From: Octopus vulgaris
Taxonomy: Eukaryota
Length of the DNA: 64,000 nucleotides
NCBI GenBank assembly: GCA_951406725.2
Contig: OX597821.1
Location: 80,414,001 to 80,478,000 of the forward strand
Direction of reading: 5' to 3'
The stretch's first letter is position 1, and each line of letters starts with the position of its first letter. Positions 42,651-57,787 of this stretch are shown here, one piece after another. Under the pieces are notes generated by a model. The model saw only the letters and a program-made list of their open reading frames with translations. It made no database searches and was not told the origin of the DNA. The position numbers and the translations under genes were made by a program.

Positions 42651-43696
42651 GATGTACGTTCCAGGAGTTTTGAGACTATTTCAGGAGTGACATTTATTAA
42701 TTTCAAGGAAATACAAAACTCTAAGTTCTTTCAAAGTAGAATTCTTTGACTTCAATACACTTCTCGTAGCACTCCAGCCACTTTATGAAGGCCCAGTGAA
42801 AGTTCTCCAAAATGAAGATGTCTAGGGCCCTTCATCTCAGTCTCCTTCATCTTCTCAATGTCTTCAAAACGACTTCCCCCCAATATTGTCCTTCAGCTTG
42901 GGTAACAACTAAAAGTCACTTGTAGCAATGTCTGGAACATTGGGAAGGTGAAGGACTCCGTCGAGTCATTGGTTACCAGGATGGAATTGTAGTCTGGTGC
43001 TTGTCCTGGTGCAGGTGCGACCGACCGGAATGAAAGAGCTTTGGTCTTTTTCGCCACGAAATTTCTTCCTGAAATCCCTCAAAACCTCCACAAAGAACTC
43101 TTTGTTTATCGTCTGGCCAGAGGGAACCCTATGGATGTAGATGTTGGCCTTGTCGAAAAAGGAGATCGTCAAGAGCTTCATAGAAGACTTGCTTTACCCG
43201 ACCTTCTTGAGTCAGGGGAATCCGGGATACTTCAATTGGGTACTCTGTCTCTTGGTCTCTGGGTGATCATAGCAGTACATCCAGCTTTTGCCATACGTCA
43301 CCAGAGACTTAAATACTCTTGAATTGGAAGTGATAAGCTCAACCATCTGTCACCAACGCATCTTTCCTTCGCCACTAAATACCCTAAAAGCAAACTTTGC
43401 AAAGATTTGGCGCATTTTCAGATCTTCCTGAATAAATCTGTGCAGACGCCCCACCAACTCCAGACTTATTGTCTTCGTAGATACACGACGGTCTTCGTCC
43501 GGAAAATTGCGTATATACTCGACCCGCTCTGATGTTCTAACGCCCCTCTCCCTCCTGCACCTCTCATCGTCTCTCATCTCCTCCTCTCTACAGTCTTTGA
43601 ATGATGTATAGTAATGATGGACTGAAATTACTGCAATCTACGACAGTTATAACTGCCTCTCCTGAAGAAGACCAAAAACTTCTGAAATGCTCCTCG
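42650..43696 (-). mobile_element. Decayed mariner element with degenerate TIRs, inserted in (TACA)n
   Basis: EDRRVSTKTI, KLLTISFFD...VPSGQTINKEFFVEVLRDFRKK and PDIATSDF.LLPKLK (YSPDLAP-like). Ends are TA-TGATGTACGTTCCAGGAGTTTT and AAAACTTCTGAAATGCTCCTCG-TA. Confidence 0.85.
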
Positions 43697-43942
43697 TACA
43701 TACATACATACACACATACATACATACATATGTGTATACATATATACGTGTATAGATACATGTGTACACACATACATATACACACAAACTCACACACACA
43801 CACACACGCATATATGCGTCATCGTTATCAATAAACACTCCGGGACAACGACGACGACCACCACCACCACCAACACTACCACCATCCCCACCCAACTACT
43901 ACCACCACCACCGTCATCATCACCACCACCACCACCACCACC

Positions 43943-43976
<34 letters not shown>

Positions 43977-44072
43977 TCATCATCATTCTGGTCGTTACTT
44001 TGTCGTTACCCTAGTGCTCATTCTATCTATAATTGTGATTTTGGTGTTTTGTTGATGACGATGCCAGCCTTG

Positions 44073-44111
<39 letters not shown>

Positions 44112-44341
44112 ATGTTGTTATTGTTGTTATAGTTAATGATGTTGCTACTGCAGCTGCTGTTTTTCTCTCTACAGCATCCAGTTCTTGTTTGGCTGCTATA
44201 TCGGCAGTCGCGATCTTAGAACCTATTTAAAAAGCAATAAAACACACCACTGATAACCTTATTACATACAAGAGAGGAGTAAGAAAATATAACGGTGTCG
44301 ACGGCGATAATAATAATAATAATAATAACAACAACAACTGC

Positions 44342-44373
<32 letters not shown>

Positions 44374-44756
44374 CTGCAACATAATGAAGCTGTTTGCTTG
44401 ATCTTAACGTGATCCCACAACCTTAACTTACTGGTATAGATTTCGCAGTCGTTATGTTCGTTAGACATTTTTCACGCTAGAAGGAGGTCCGTGTGTGCGT
44501 TGTATATATATAAATGCACATATATAAATATATGTATGTATGTATATATGCATGCATGTATGTATGTATGTATGTATGTATATATATACATATATATACA
44601 TATATATATATATATATATGCATTTATATATATATATGCATGCATACATATACATACATACATTTATATATATATCATATATTTGTATTTATGTATGTAT
44701 TTTTACACACACACATGTATATATATGTACATGTATATATACGTAATATATATACA

Positions 44757-44830
<74 letters not shown>

Positions 44831-45948
44831 ATATATACATACATATATACATATATATAGGCATATATACGTATATACATATGTATATATACACATATAT
44901 ATTTACATACGTACACACACACATCATATATATAATACGGAGTAGATGATTACATACCCACACCCACACATGCGTGTGGGTGTATATGCGATCAAAAAGG
45001 AACCTTTGCAATTGCTAATTACCCACCCTGTCCACGACAACCACGACCACCACCACCACCACAATTATCAACCAGAATACATAAAACAAGCAAAAAAACA
45101 ACAAAAACCCACATACATCCTCCCTCGGGAAGTGATTTCGTGCTTCACTGCATCTCTATACACCTTATCAAACAACCTGTCTATTTTACTTTTGATTTTC
45201 GTCGCTCTGCTACACTTTATTAAAGCAAGACTTGATCTTTCGTCACACACAAGCACATGCACACACATACACACACACACGCACGTATACGCACACACAC
45301 ACGCATGTGCACAAAAGGAAAGAGAGAGAGAGAGAGAGAAATGTATACACATGCGCACTTGTATACATAGGCACACACACGCGCATTTAGATGTAGAGGC
45401 ACATGCATGCGTATATAAACTGATACACATGAGTATACATTTACTCGCATAGATGTCTATCAGTGTATATATGTGTGTGGGTGAGTATGTGTGTGTGTGT
45501 GTAAACACATATATATGTATATGTATGTACTTATATATATGATATATATCTATATGATATATATGTTTGTGTGTATATATATACATACATATATATGTGT
45601 GCGTGTATGAGAGAATGAGGGATAGACACACACACATACACACTAACACACAGATACATATACGCGCATCTGTGTGCGTACATATGTTAAAACCCGTGTC
45701 TTTGTATTTATATAATTTCGTGTTTGGTGTGTGTGTAGTTCCATCTCTACACACACAACGGTGTCATATTACGTCAAATACACAACTACATAAGTGTATG
45801 TATGTGTGAGAGAGGGAAAAGGGGAAACAGTAAAACAGAGAAGTAGAGAGAAGGGCATACATATATGTGTGTGTGTGCGTGTGTGTTTGTGCATGAGTGT
45901 GTGTGCGTGTGTGTATGCATGAGTGTGAGTTTGCGTACATATTTGTAC

Positions 45949-46038
<90 letters not shown>

Positions 46039-48597
46039 GCATATGTATATATTACATGGCCCATGGTTATAATATCTGTATTTAAAGACAGATAAAGGTA
46101 CATGTCTATGTTAAGCTGTGTATATGTGTATGAAATAAAGAGCGTGTATCTACGAAATAAACACTCTCATACAGACACCCAAACACATCTGCACATGCAT
46201 GTATATGTACGTGTGTCTATGTGCATATAAACATGAGTGTATATTAGTGTATATATGCATGTTTGTCAATGTGTATTTATATTCTTCCACTGTTATATCA
46301 TATTATCATAACAGTAAATTCATGACGAAATCAGGGGATGATTAATTATGCTATGAGTTAACCCCCCTCTCTCTCTCTCTTCCTTTGGGTCCGCCTCTGA
46401 CTTCTACTCTGCTTCTTCTTCTTCATACGTAAAAGAGCAACGCCTCCGCTGGCGAATAAACAACTGTTGCGACTTATAGAGCTTCATGTAATGATCATAT
46501 TGATGCGGTTGGATTTTACTGTTTTTGAGTTTCTGGCGGTTGACATCTATAGGGAAGCCATTCGAATAACGAGACCCTTCCTGGTTGTTCGACCTGCAAG
46601 AAATAGCATCAAGTCTATTTCAAACCATACTGTACGTCCTTGAGAAAGAAAACATATTGAACAGTTTAGCCTTGGATATTCAAAAAGATTCTAGGTCCCT
46701 GTTTTTTTAATATTTTTGTTACTTACCGAGTCTGGAGGAAGGGGTAGTATCCATGCTCTTACACATTCTCTATGACCGCCGGTCAGATTGAACCCATTTA
46801 CGTATATTCAGTTCAATCTATTGCAGGTCAGTGAGGAGATTCCAGGAGGTCATTGTTTTGGGGAAGCACGACTAGAGAGGCTGATCCATTATTACTAACC
46901 TGAAGTTATACAATATTAACAACAGCAACAGCAACAACTACACTGGAAGTTGCCCTCTCTCTCTCTCCCTTTGATCCTCATTTACCTCCTATTATATTAT
47001 CTGCAATCTGCGTCACAACTTTGATGGTATTCCAAGATTTCTGCAGGTCTATCGGAAAAACCTGAACAAGAAGACCGTTCCAAGGGGCTGTTTTTACAGG
47101 ATAGACAGAATTACGTGAAGAGACATAGTAAAACATTGTAAGACTAAGGTTGACGAGTCACAAGGTGCGAACATTGATTGGGCTTGACTGGTTTTCAAAT
47201 TCAGAAAAGAAAACGTTACGAGATTTGATGGATGTTACACAAAATGCATTGGTAATCCATTGATAGTAACATTGCTGCGAGCTGAATATTTTTCAATCAG
47301 TCAAATAGGTTTTAGATGAAAATTCAGTCATGACGGAACCGTCCTATTCAAATCGCTCATTATCGATCATGGGATTCGAAACCATCTAAATCTCTGCAAA
47401 AACTTCAACTCTGTATCGAACCACACGGTCGTCTAAAGATCACATTGTAACTATGTACCTCAGTTAATTACAACTTGCCATTTTGTACAATAGAGTACCG
47501 AAAAGCAATCTATATACTATGAACAAGACGAGTTTACAATATAGTAAATGAAATAATTTCCAAAAAATTATGAAATTATTTCATTTCACCAATGGCATTA
47601 ATTCCTTTAAGAAGTGCATAAAGATCTCAGCTCTTCATTTTTCTTATATTTGAATCCTTGATGCTGTTATTGTTTAACCCTAGGCTAGCTACAGTAGACC
47701 TATGATCAAAGGTATTCCAGTCATGATCATCTTGTCTTTTCTGTACTATAGTGGCACACTAAGATGCGATTTGAGGTTGGTTTGGTTGCTATTTCTACCA
47801 AGTCGAAGGATTCACAAAATTACTTCATGTAGGTATCGTTGTTAATTCATTATTTGCCAAAGGTGGTAAACTGGTAGAATTGTAAGTACATAAGGGAAAA
47901 ACTGACGAAGACGAATTTCTTCGTCTTCTTCCGGCGCTTTACATTCTGAGTTGATATAGCGCTAAGCTTACTTGACCTTCAGTCCTTTCGGAGTCCATAA
48001 AATAATACTAGCTGAACACTGGGGTTAAGATTATCGTCTACCCTCCACATCTCCTCTAGATTGCTGGCTTTGTGCCAAAATTGGAAATAATTATTGAATA
48101 ATTTAAATGCTTGAGAGGAAGTACATCCAATGCGTGAGATGCTCACAATCACCCTCAGTGCATCTGCTGCATAAATTGCAACCAGATAATTGAAAGAGAA
48201 TCGAGTGAGTAATGATATACTTCCCGACAACAAACTTGGGCTTTCAAGAGTTTCGTAATTAAAGCTTCTTTGTTATTCTAGAGCGACTGCTTCTTTTTCA
48301 TGCACCAGCTTTGCCCATAAAAATATATGCTCTCCGGCACGACTCAGCTATGAAAAATTTGTCAGTTAACGGATTTTGTCTACAGTTTAGAGCAGTGTCT
48401 GCCAAACATTTTTACCTTACGACGCACTGGACGAGCAGAATTCATTTGCGGCACACCAAATAAAAAGCCCAACAAAATTGAAGATACTTTATTAGTATGA
48501 ATAAAATTAACAAATTCATGTTATACTAACAATATAATAACCTTGTTTCATGAACATATAATATATATATATATGTGCACACACACACATATATATA

Positions 48598-48818
48598 GGC
48601 GTAGGAGGGGCTGTGTGGTAAGTAGCTTGCTTACCAACCATATGGTTCTGGGTTCAGTCCCACTGCGTGGCACCTTGGGCAAGTGTCTTCTATTATAGCC
48701 TCGGGTCGACTAAAACCTTGTGAGTGGATTTGGTACACGGAAACTGAAGAAAGCTTGTAGTATATATGTATATATGTATATATGCCCACAGTCAAATGAC
48801 TGAAACTAGTAAAAGAGA
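48598..48818 (+). mobile_element. Internally deleted family A SINE nested in the hAT element
   Basis: Family A head and tail joined by a TA-rich linker. Confidence 0.8.
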
Positions 48819-48836
48819 TACATACATACATATATA

Positions 48837-48915
<79 letters not shown>

Positions 48916-48920
48916 ATATA

Positions 48921-48987
<67 letters not shown>

Positions 48988-50896
48988 ATACAAAAATAAT
49001 GTTTTTGTGAGAAGGGTGTAATTGATTTTGAGTAAGAATTTTGTCAAAACGCGGGTCTAACATAGATGGACAAATACGGCAGCCCTCATCTTCCATGAGT
49101 AATCGTTACCGTTTGTTATTATTGTTATTATTTTTACTTCATTTACATAAGCACAGAGATTCCTAATTCGTAAAAATACGATGATCCAAAGAACAACAAA
49201 GATTTAACGGCTTTAGAAGCTAATCGAGGATATTGGCTCCAAAGCGAGATCCAAAATTCTACCAATTCTTGCTCTGAAAATGTGGTTTTGTGCACAGGAT
49301 CATTTTTCTAGACTATTAAATGTCTTCTGTTAATGACTGGTGTGTACTATCGTATCTTGCGAAAAGATAATCAAGTGATGGAAAATACTTAGAAAATGAT
49401 ACAGCGAGGTTTTCTACTGTCTTCTACATTTCTGACAAAAGGAAGTATTCAAGCTGCCAGTTTTAACTTTCCTTATCCACAGTTCTAACTTGACGGTGAA
49501 AGACTTTAATTTGTAATATTTTCGTTCGTTCCTTGCAGACTCAAATTTAAAACGTTCTACTTCTCAAAAAGATCGTCGAGAAATGCTACTTCCAGCCACC
49601 AATTATCATCGTTAAGAAATTGAAATCCAGAATTTTCAGCATCGATGTAAAATATTATTTCAGTTCACAAAAAGATAAATCGAGAGAGCACTTTTCCTTT
49701 CGAGAGCCATCGCACGTCTGTATGAAGCATTAAACACTTAAAATCAGAATCCATAGTTTCATATAGGGATGCAAAACGTCTACACCGCAGGGAATGCGAT
49801 TTTATGTAATTCACCACTTTAACAACGTTGTCCATCGTCTTCAGGAGACCATCGGGTAGAGATTTTGACACCAAAACTTCGCGGTGAATCATGCAAAATA
49901 CAATTTCAACTTGTGAATTTTTTTGTAACAGATGAGCCACAAAGCATTTTTTTCGACCCTGCATGGATGGAGCACATTAGTGCAGACTATAATACAGGTT
50001 TGCCACTGCTTCCCTCTCAGTACGACATTTTGGTTTATCAGATTAAAGACAACTTCTGTCGTTCTTTCCTTCAATTCACAACAAAAGAAAAAAATGACTT
50101 ATGACTTTACCGCCTCTGACGATTCGCAGAAATGAAATTATTTGAGCTTTGTTGCCGATGTCAATTCTTTCATCGATTTGTAAGGCCCAGAAGATTTCGA
50201 GTTCATTTTTGGCTTCAGTGAAATGTTCGCGGAGCTGATCATCAATGTCTCGCGAAATGTCTTGAATTTTACGAGAAATCGTGTGGACAGACAAAGGAGT
50301 GGTCTTCATTTGTTTGACGGCTTCATCACTAATAATTGTGTCAACGGTGATCTCCCAAGGCTAATAAAATAACGTTTTCGGCATCAGAATGAGGATTTTT
50401 CTTCTTTGCCAAAAGCTGGACAATCTTGTAACCAGCGATTTCAGCTTTCTCAAGAACTGAGTGAAATTTCTTCAGCCTTTTTGATTGAATTTTTAAATTA
50501 TTTTTTTTTTAGCATCTCAAAGTATTCTTTTGGTTTGTCCTTCTGTTGTGGATGATTTGTTATGAAATGAAATTGAAGTTGACTGAGAACCATCGCTTCA
50601 TTTGTTGCCAAACAAATTATGCAAAAAAGGAACCGAGTTGTCTTTTTCCAATAATATAAAACCATTTTGGATGTAATTTTCATTATATTTTCGTTTTGAT
50701 GAGGTGGACTTTTTATTCTGGTATTCGTCTTGCTTGGTGTGACTCTCTTTCTCATTTTTTTTGAGGTCTCAGTAAAAATTTGTCCATGTTTAAATCTAAA
50801 ACTAAAAACCGATTAAAATAATTTACGTAAATTATAAATAAATCTAAAATTAAAAACTACTAAACTTACAGACAATTCCGGTTTAAATACAGAAAT

Positions 50897-51116
50897 ATAT
50901 TCTTTTCTACTCTAGACACAAGGCCCGAAATTTTGGGGGAGGGGGCCAGTCGATTAGATCGACCCCAGTACGCAACTGGTATTTAGTTTATCGACCCCGA
51001 AAGGATGAAAGGCAAAGTAGACCTCGGCGGAATTTGAACTCAGAACGCAAAGACAGACGAAATATCGCTAAGCATTTCGCCCGGCGTGCTAACCACTCTG
51101 CTAGCTCCCCACCGCC
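50897..51116 (-). mobile_element. Family B SINE nested in the hAT element
   Basis: Reverse complement of the monomeric family B sequence. Confidence 0.88.
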
Positions 51117-51354
51117 AACAAAAACTGCTGTTCGTCGTGTAACGTAATTAATTTATATTTACCGCATTTTACGATTTGTATAATTGATTTATATTTACGC
51201 TCGAAATTTGAGAATGTTCTTGGATCGCTGTTACCCGAAAATCTCGAAAATATTTTTCGCGGCACTCCAGGAAACTCTCGGGGCGCACCACTGTGCCGCG
51301 GCACACAGTTTGGCAGACACTGGTTTAGAGCAATAAGCTACTCCAATAGTCAAT

Positions 51355-51990
<636 letters not shown>

Positions 51991-52139
51991 GAACCACGAC
52001 TCCCTACATGGTACATGTATCAGATCGAGAGAAAGGTCACTGCTGCTAAAGATTTGATCGTTTTACCTGCTATTTCTGGCAACACCCAACACTCCGAGAT
52101 AACGGAAACAATTCATAGGAAGGATAATAAAGCTGCTGT

Positions 52140-52505
52140 TACTGTTGGCATTTTTCTTTTTTGTCGTTGCTATGGATAGGCAACAGGTCAGACAAGACCG
52201 AGCCGAGCAGATAAAAGATCAAAGGCGTTCCTACCATGACCAACCCCACTCCGTCAGACACTGTACGTATAGAACTACGTCTGCTGGTGTACACCACATT
52301 TAAGTTAGTAGAATGCGATTCGGAGAAAGTTTGGCGGTTGTTGTTGTTGTTGTGGATGAACACCAGGCCAGTCAAAACCGCGTTGACATGTGGTCAAAGG
52401 TATTCCTGCCGTGACCATCCCATTTTGTTTTCAGACGCTGTACTTCTAAGACTACGTCCTCTGCTCGTAGGATATGATTTGCTGTTTTGGCGGTTATTTC
52501 TTGTA
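52140..52505 (-). mobile_element. Two diverged tandem copies of the family C repeat
   Basis: Minus strand repeats AACCGCCAAA...GACGTAGT...GTACAG.GTCTGA...GGTCA.GG.AGGAA..CCTTTGA twice. Confidence 0.6.
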
Positions 52506-52524
52506 AGTTGTGTGAGTGTGCGCA

Positions 52525-53753
52525 GAGGAAGAAGTGGGGGAGAATGAGGAGGAGAAGAGGTGGAGGAAGAAGAGGAGAGGAGGTGGAGGAGGAAGGAGGT
52601 AAGGAGAGGGAAGGAATAGGAAGGAGAGAAGGAGAGGAGGAGAAGAGGTGGAGAAAGAAGAGGAGAGGAGGTGGAGGTGGGGAAAGAAAAGGAGGAGAGG
52701 AAGTGGAGGGAGAAGGAGGTGGAGAAAGAAGGAGGTGAGGGGGGAGGAATAGGAAGGAGAGAAGGAGAGGAGGAGAAGAGGTGGAGGAAGAAGAGGAGAG
52801 GAGGTGGAGGAAGAAGGAGGTGAGGAGGGGAAGGAATAGGAAGGAGAGGAGAGGAGGAGAAGAGGTGGGGAAAGAAAAGGAGGAGAGGAAGTGGAGGGAG
52901 AAGGAGGTGGAGAAAGAAGGAGGTGGAGAAAGAAGGAGGTGAGGGGGGAAGGAATAGGAAGGTGAGAAGGAGAGGAGGAGAAGAGGTGGAGGAGGAAGAA
53001 GAGGAGAGGAGGTGGAGGAAGAAGGAGGTGAGGAGGGGGAAGGAATAGGAAGGAGAGAAGGAGAGGAGGAGAAGAGGTGGAGAAAGAAGAGGAGAGGAGG
53101 AGAAGAGGTGGGGAAGTGGAGGAAGAAGGAGGTGAGGAGGGGGAAGGAATAGGAAGGAGAGAAGGAGAGGAGGAGAGGAGGAGAAGAGGTAGAGAAAGAA
53201 GAGGAGAGGAGGAGAAGAGGTGGGGAAGTGGAGGAAGAAGGAGGTGAGGAGGGGGAAGGAATAGGAAGGAGAGAAGGAGAGGAGGAGAAGAGGTGGAGGA
53301 AGAAGAGGAGAGGAGGTGGAGGAAGAAGGAGGTGAGGAGGGGGAAGGAATAGGAAGGAGAGAAGGAGAGGAGGAGAGGAGGAGAAGAGGTAGAGAAAGAA
53401 GGGGAGAGGAGGAGAAGAGGTGGGGAAAGAAAAGGAGGAGAGGAAGTGGAGGAAGAAGGAGGTGAGGGAAGAAGGAGGTGAGGAGGGGGAAGGAATAGGA
53501 AGGAGAGAAGGAGAAGAGGAGAAGAGGTGGGGAAAGAAAAGGAGGAGAAGAAGTGGAGGAAGAAGAGAAGGAGAGGAGGAGAAGAGGTGGAGAAAGAAAA
53601 GGAGGAGAGGAAGTGGAGGAAAAGGAGGGATAGAAGGAGAGGAGGAGAAGAGGTGGAGAAGGAGGGAGAGGAAGAAGAGGAGATGGAGGTGGTGGAGGAA
53701 AAGGAGTAGAGAATATTAAAGGAAGAAGGAGAAGGGTAGAGGAGGGTGGAGGA
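52525..53753 (+). repeat. ~1.2 kb purine-rich (GA) minisatellite
   Basis: Blocks GGAGGAGAAGAGGTGG and GGAAGGAATAGGAAGGAGA are repeated. No C was seen on the + strand. Confidence 0.97.
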
Positions 53754-54072
53754 GCTTGAAATATTTCTATGAAATACCATTTTTGTGTTCCTCATACTCG
53801 GAGCATTCCTTTCGAACCTCCTGCTTCAATAATTACTCCTAGTTTACAGCATGGTAGTAACCAATCGCCATTTTACTTCATGTAAATTGGCGATTCGCTG
53901 ATATCGCGCTCTAAACTATGCAAATATTGTTTGTAATTTTTTTCACTAAATTTAGATTTTTAACTCATAAATACTCACTCACAAACATACACTCAAAGTA
54001 AATATGGTAAATCCTGAAATAGATCAAACTCGAACACAACTGTGTTTTTAACATACATGTACTACAAAGATG

Positions 54073-54902
<830 letters not shown>

Positions 54903-55128
54903 TGTTTCTTTATTAGCCACACAGGGCTGAACACAGAGGGGACAAATTACAAAGTAGAGCTTTTCTTTTGGGGAAGAAAAAAAGAACAGAAAGGAAAAAA
55001 GGGGGTAGGTTTTCGATCAAAAGGGATCGTAATAAAAAACGATCAATAGGGATCGTGTATCACAGAAATGTCATGATGTAAAGTGTAAAGGGGGAAACAG
55101 ATAAAGTTTATCCATGGAAAGAAAAGCC
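54903..55128 (-). mobile_element. 3' UTR end of the same Tx1-like family
   Basis: Minus strand starts GGCTTTTCTTTCCATGGATA (overlapping the end of the 54185 copy) and ends AATAAAGAAACA followed by (TATC)n. Confidence 0.7.
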
Positions 55129-55186
55129 ACGTTTATAGCTTATTTTTTAATACAAAGCATGACATAACAAAATAGGTGACGTAACA

Positions 55187-55303
55187 TATCTTACGGCCGT
55201 TTCTGATCGGTTACTAAAATGTTGCCTATAAATAAATGCGAGAATAAAGTTCATCATCCTCAGAGGGCATTCGAATTCAGGCAACGGAGTTTCATCAGAG
55301 TAA
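55187..55303 (-). ncRNA. Decayed hammerhead-like motif with long stem II
   Basis: Minus strand reads CTGATGA...GTTGCCT/AGGCAAC...GAAA-CGGCCG-TA. Stem III is palindromic and stem I is weak. Confidence 0.45.
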
Positions 55304-55829
55304 AAAAACAAACGCATACAATATAAACAAAGGGAAGAAGGAAAAGCAACGACAAATAGACTGGAAGCCCAATATGTTAAGCGTATATAATTTACTAAGA
55401 AGGGGCCACAGGGTTCGTAGGTAATGCTTTGTATTTAAAAAATAAGCTATAAATAGGCCAAATCGATGTGTTTATTAATCTGTGGTTTTCTCCATTTTCT
55501 AATTGTTTGCATTGGTTCCTGATAAACTCTTGTTTATCCTGTTGTTATCTGCACTCTACGTGCACACCAATGCCCGGGGATAATACGAGTAACGGATACC
55601 GATAGTATATACGGATATTTTATCCCTTAGTCGGTTATTATGACCACTAGCTCAGTTTACACTATATATATATACACGCGGGTGGGAAGGGGCTGGTGAC
55701 ACAATCTTTTCATTCAAACATTGAATTTGGTGATACTAGTTGCGGATTCTAGCTCGCTCTGATACTGAGTTGAGTTGATGCCTTCTAGTATCTCAAAATT
55801 CAATATATAATCATTTATGATTATAGTAT

Positions 55830-55930
55830 TCTACGCTGAAGAGAAAAGAAGTTTTCGGTAAGATAGAATTATTTAACATTTAATTCTTATGCTTTCCTAA
55901 AGACTTGATTTCGAAACGTACGTCCGTAGA
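55830..55930 (+). ncRNA. Canonical type I hammerhead ribozyme
   Basis: Stem I TCTACG/CGTAGA, core CTGAAGA, stem II GAAA...TTTC with inner AAGTTTT/AAGACTT and AGAATTA/TAATTCT, then GAAA-CGTACG-TC. Predicted cleavage is after C55924. Confidence 0.82.
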
Positions 55931-56357
55931 TAACTTAAAATTGTATGATAGATTGCCGTTAATTCATCCTCTCTTACCTGTTTGTGTCTGCCTTCCAATT
56001 GCTGTTTTTACTGAGATCTCCCTTTTAGTAGAAGAAATAGCTATAACTCTTTGACTGCTATTTCTAAATTCGGTATGTGGTAAGGCAACTAGTTGCTAAC
56101 CCTTTATTGCTTAGTATTACTTAAATTTTCCTCAAATGAGGCTTTTACATGCCGAAGACTACTTGGTGTAATTGATAATTATTCCAAATTAATTAATTTC
56201 ACCCTTCATTATTACGGATAACCATATATATATATATATATATATACATAGTTAATCCAAAAAGAACGAAGAAAAAACACAAGAAAATAAAAACAACAAC
56301 GCGAAGACGGGGTACATGCAAAGTATTAACAGACGCTCAGGGAAGGAAAGAAAAGTA

Positions 56358-56392
56358 GTTTTACGTTTCGAGCAAAGCTCTTCTTCAGAAAC
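56358..56392 (-). ncRNA. Minimal type I hammerhead ribozyme variant (intact core, extra A)
   Basis: Minus strand reads gttt-CTGAAGA-A-GAGC-ttt-GCTC-GAAA-CG-TA-aaac. Confidence 0.7.
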
Positions 56393-57611
56393 CGGAGACA
56401 GAGGAAAGTCCAAGAGAAAAGGAAGGAGGAAAGGAAGGTCACCAACGGAATCTCAGGAACCTCTTGAATTTGATGACCTAAAACACAGATATGCTCTCAT
56501 CAGCACGTGTGTGTGTGTGTGTGGAGCCTCTACCTCTAACAAATTCACTCAAAAAGCTTGGTTAGCCCGGAACTATAGTAGAAGGCACTTGCCCAAAGTA
56601 CTGCGAGATTAGGCGTGGGGGGCTGAACCTGAAACCATGAGGTTGCAAAGCAAGCCTTTAACCACGCAGCCATGTTTGTGCTTAGATTTTTGTCTTTCTC
56701 CAATGATTTTTGCTTTTCTGCGGCTAACAGTAAAATTTCAATTAATTAAGGATTTTCGGACGGGCGATATACAGTCAATCGCAGATAGTTATCTTTTTAT
56801 ATGGTCGCGAAGTTGATGAGTGTCAATAAGAAGATATATAGAGATGTTATTGATAAACTGGGATTGTGCTATTTGAGATTATGTCAACTGTATATCTGAT
56901 AACCAGCACGTACTCATTGTGGATTCATGCAAGGTATCACGCATATATGTAGATGGATACTTACGAGAACATAAAGCAATCATGCTGACACACATACATG
57001 CATGTATACACAGACAGAAATTGACGCTTAGTATACACACTCCCTCTCACACAAACACACACGCACACACGGAAACATACACATACATAAACACACACAC
57101 ATATCTATATCTGAGCGTGTATGTGCATGAATATACATACATATGTATACGTCAAGTCTAATTTTCTGGAGCACACGTGAAAAAGAAAACAAGATTGCGG
57201 TTAATAGACAGCTAAGGGAGATAAATATGATAATTATGTCAAAGTAATTTTCTTACAACGGGTGGAAAGGCCTTGTGCCTACCTCAAATAATTACTATTT
57301 TCAATGAAGGAAGGGCAATTTTAATACAGATTTTTGTCAATGACAATTACATTGAGGTAAAAAATGATCTTATTTAAGACATTTCTGTAACAGCGAGCGA
57401 TACGGAAACAGTTGAATGAACGCTGGACTAAATGCTTAACAGCATCCATCTCTGTCTCCTCACCATCTGAGTTCGACTTCGATTTTTTTGTCTGTTGGGG
57501 GTCGATAAAATGAGAATCAGGCATGTTCTTGAGGGTTGATTAAATATTAAATGAATTACAAGTCTTAATATGTATGCGTAAAAAGTATTTTAATGTAATT
57601 ATTTTTTTCAG

Positions 57612-57697
57612 AGCAAGTGTCTTCTACAATAGACACGGGTTGACCAATGCCTTGTAAGAGAGAATTTGGTTGACGGAAATTGTATGAAACTCTTTCG

Positions 57698-57787
<90 letters not shown>

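Larger units (their letters stand above)
48393..51322 (-). mobile_element. hAT DNA transposon (Buster/Charlie/SPIN-like), bounded, with transposase pseudogene
   Basis: Perfect 15-bp TIR CAGTGTCTGCCAAAC and 8-bp TSD GTTTAGAG (central TA). Fragments include TPLSVHTISRKIQDIS, WALQIDE, CMIHREVLVSK, LHTDVRWLSKGKVLSRF and a BED-like CIIC...HFITNH. Confidence 0.95.

Noticed and set aside
43762-44055. Poly-Pro/poly-His ORF resembling a transcription-factor exon
   Set aside because: It is made of (CAC/CAT)n microsatellite with no domain or clear splice context.
52139-52375. ORF with a transmembrane-like segment (VGLVMVGTPLIFYLLGSVL)
   Set aside because: The DNA is two decayed copies of the family C interspersed repeat.
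52494-53795. 433-aa Ser/Pro/Leu-rich ORF
   Set aside because: It is the reverse strand of a purine minisatellite, which lacks stop codons by composition.
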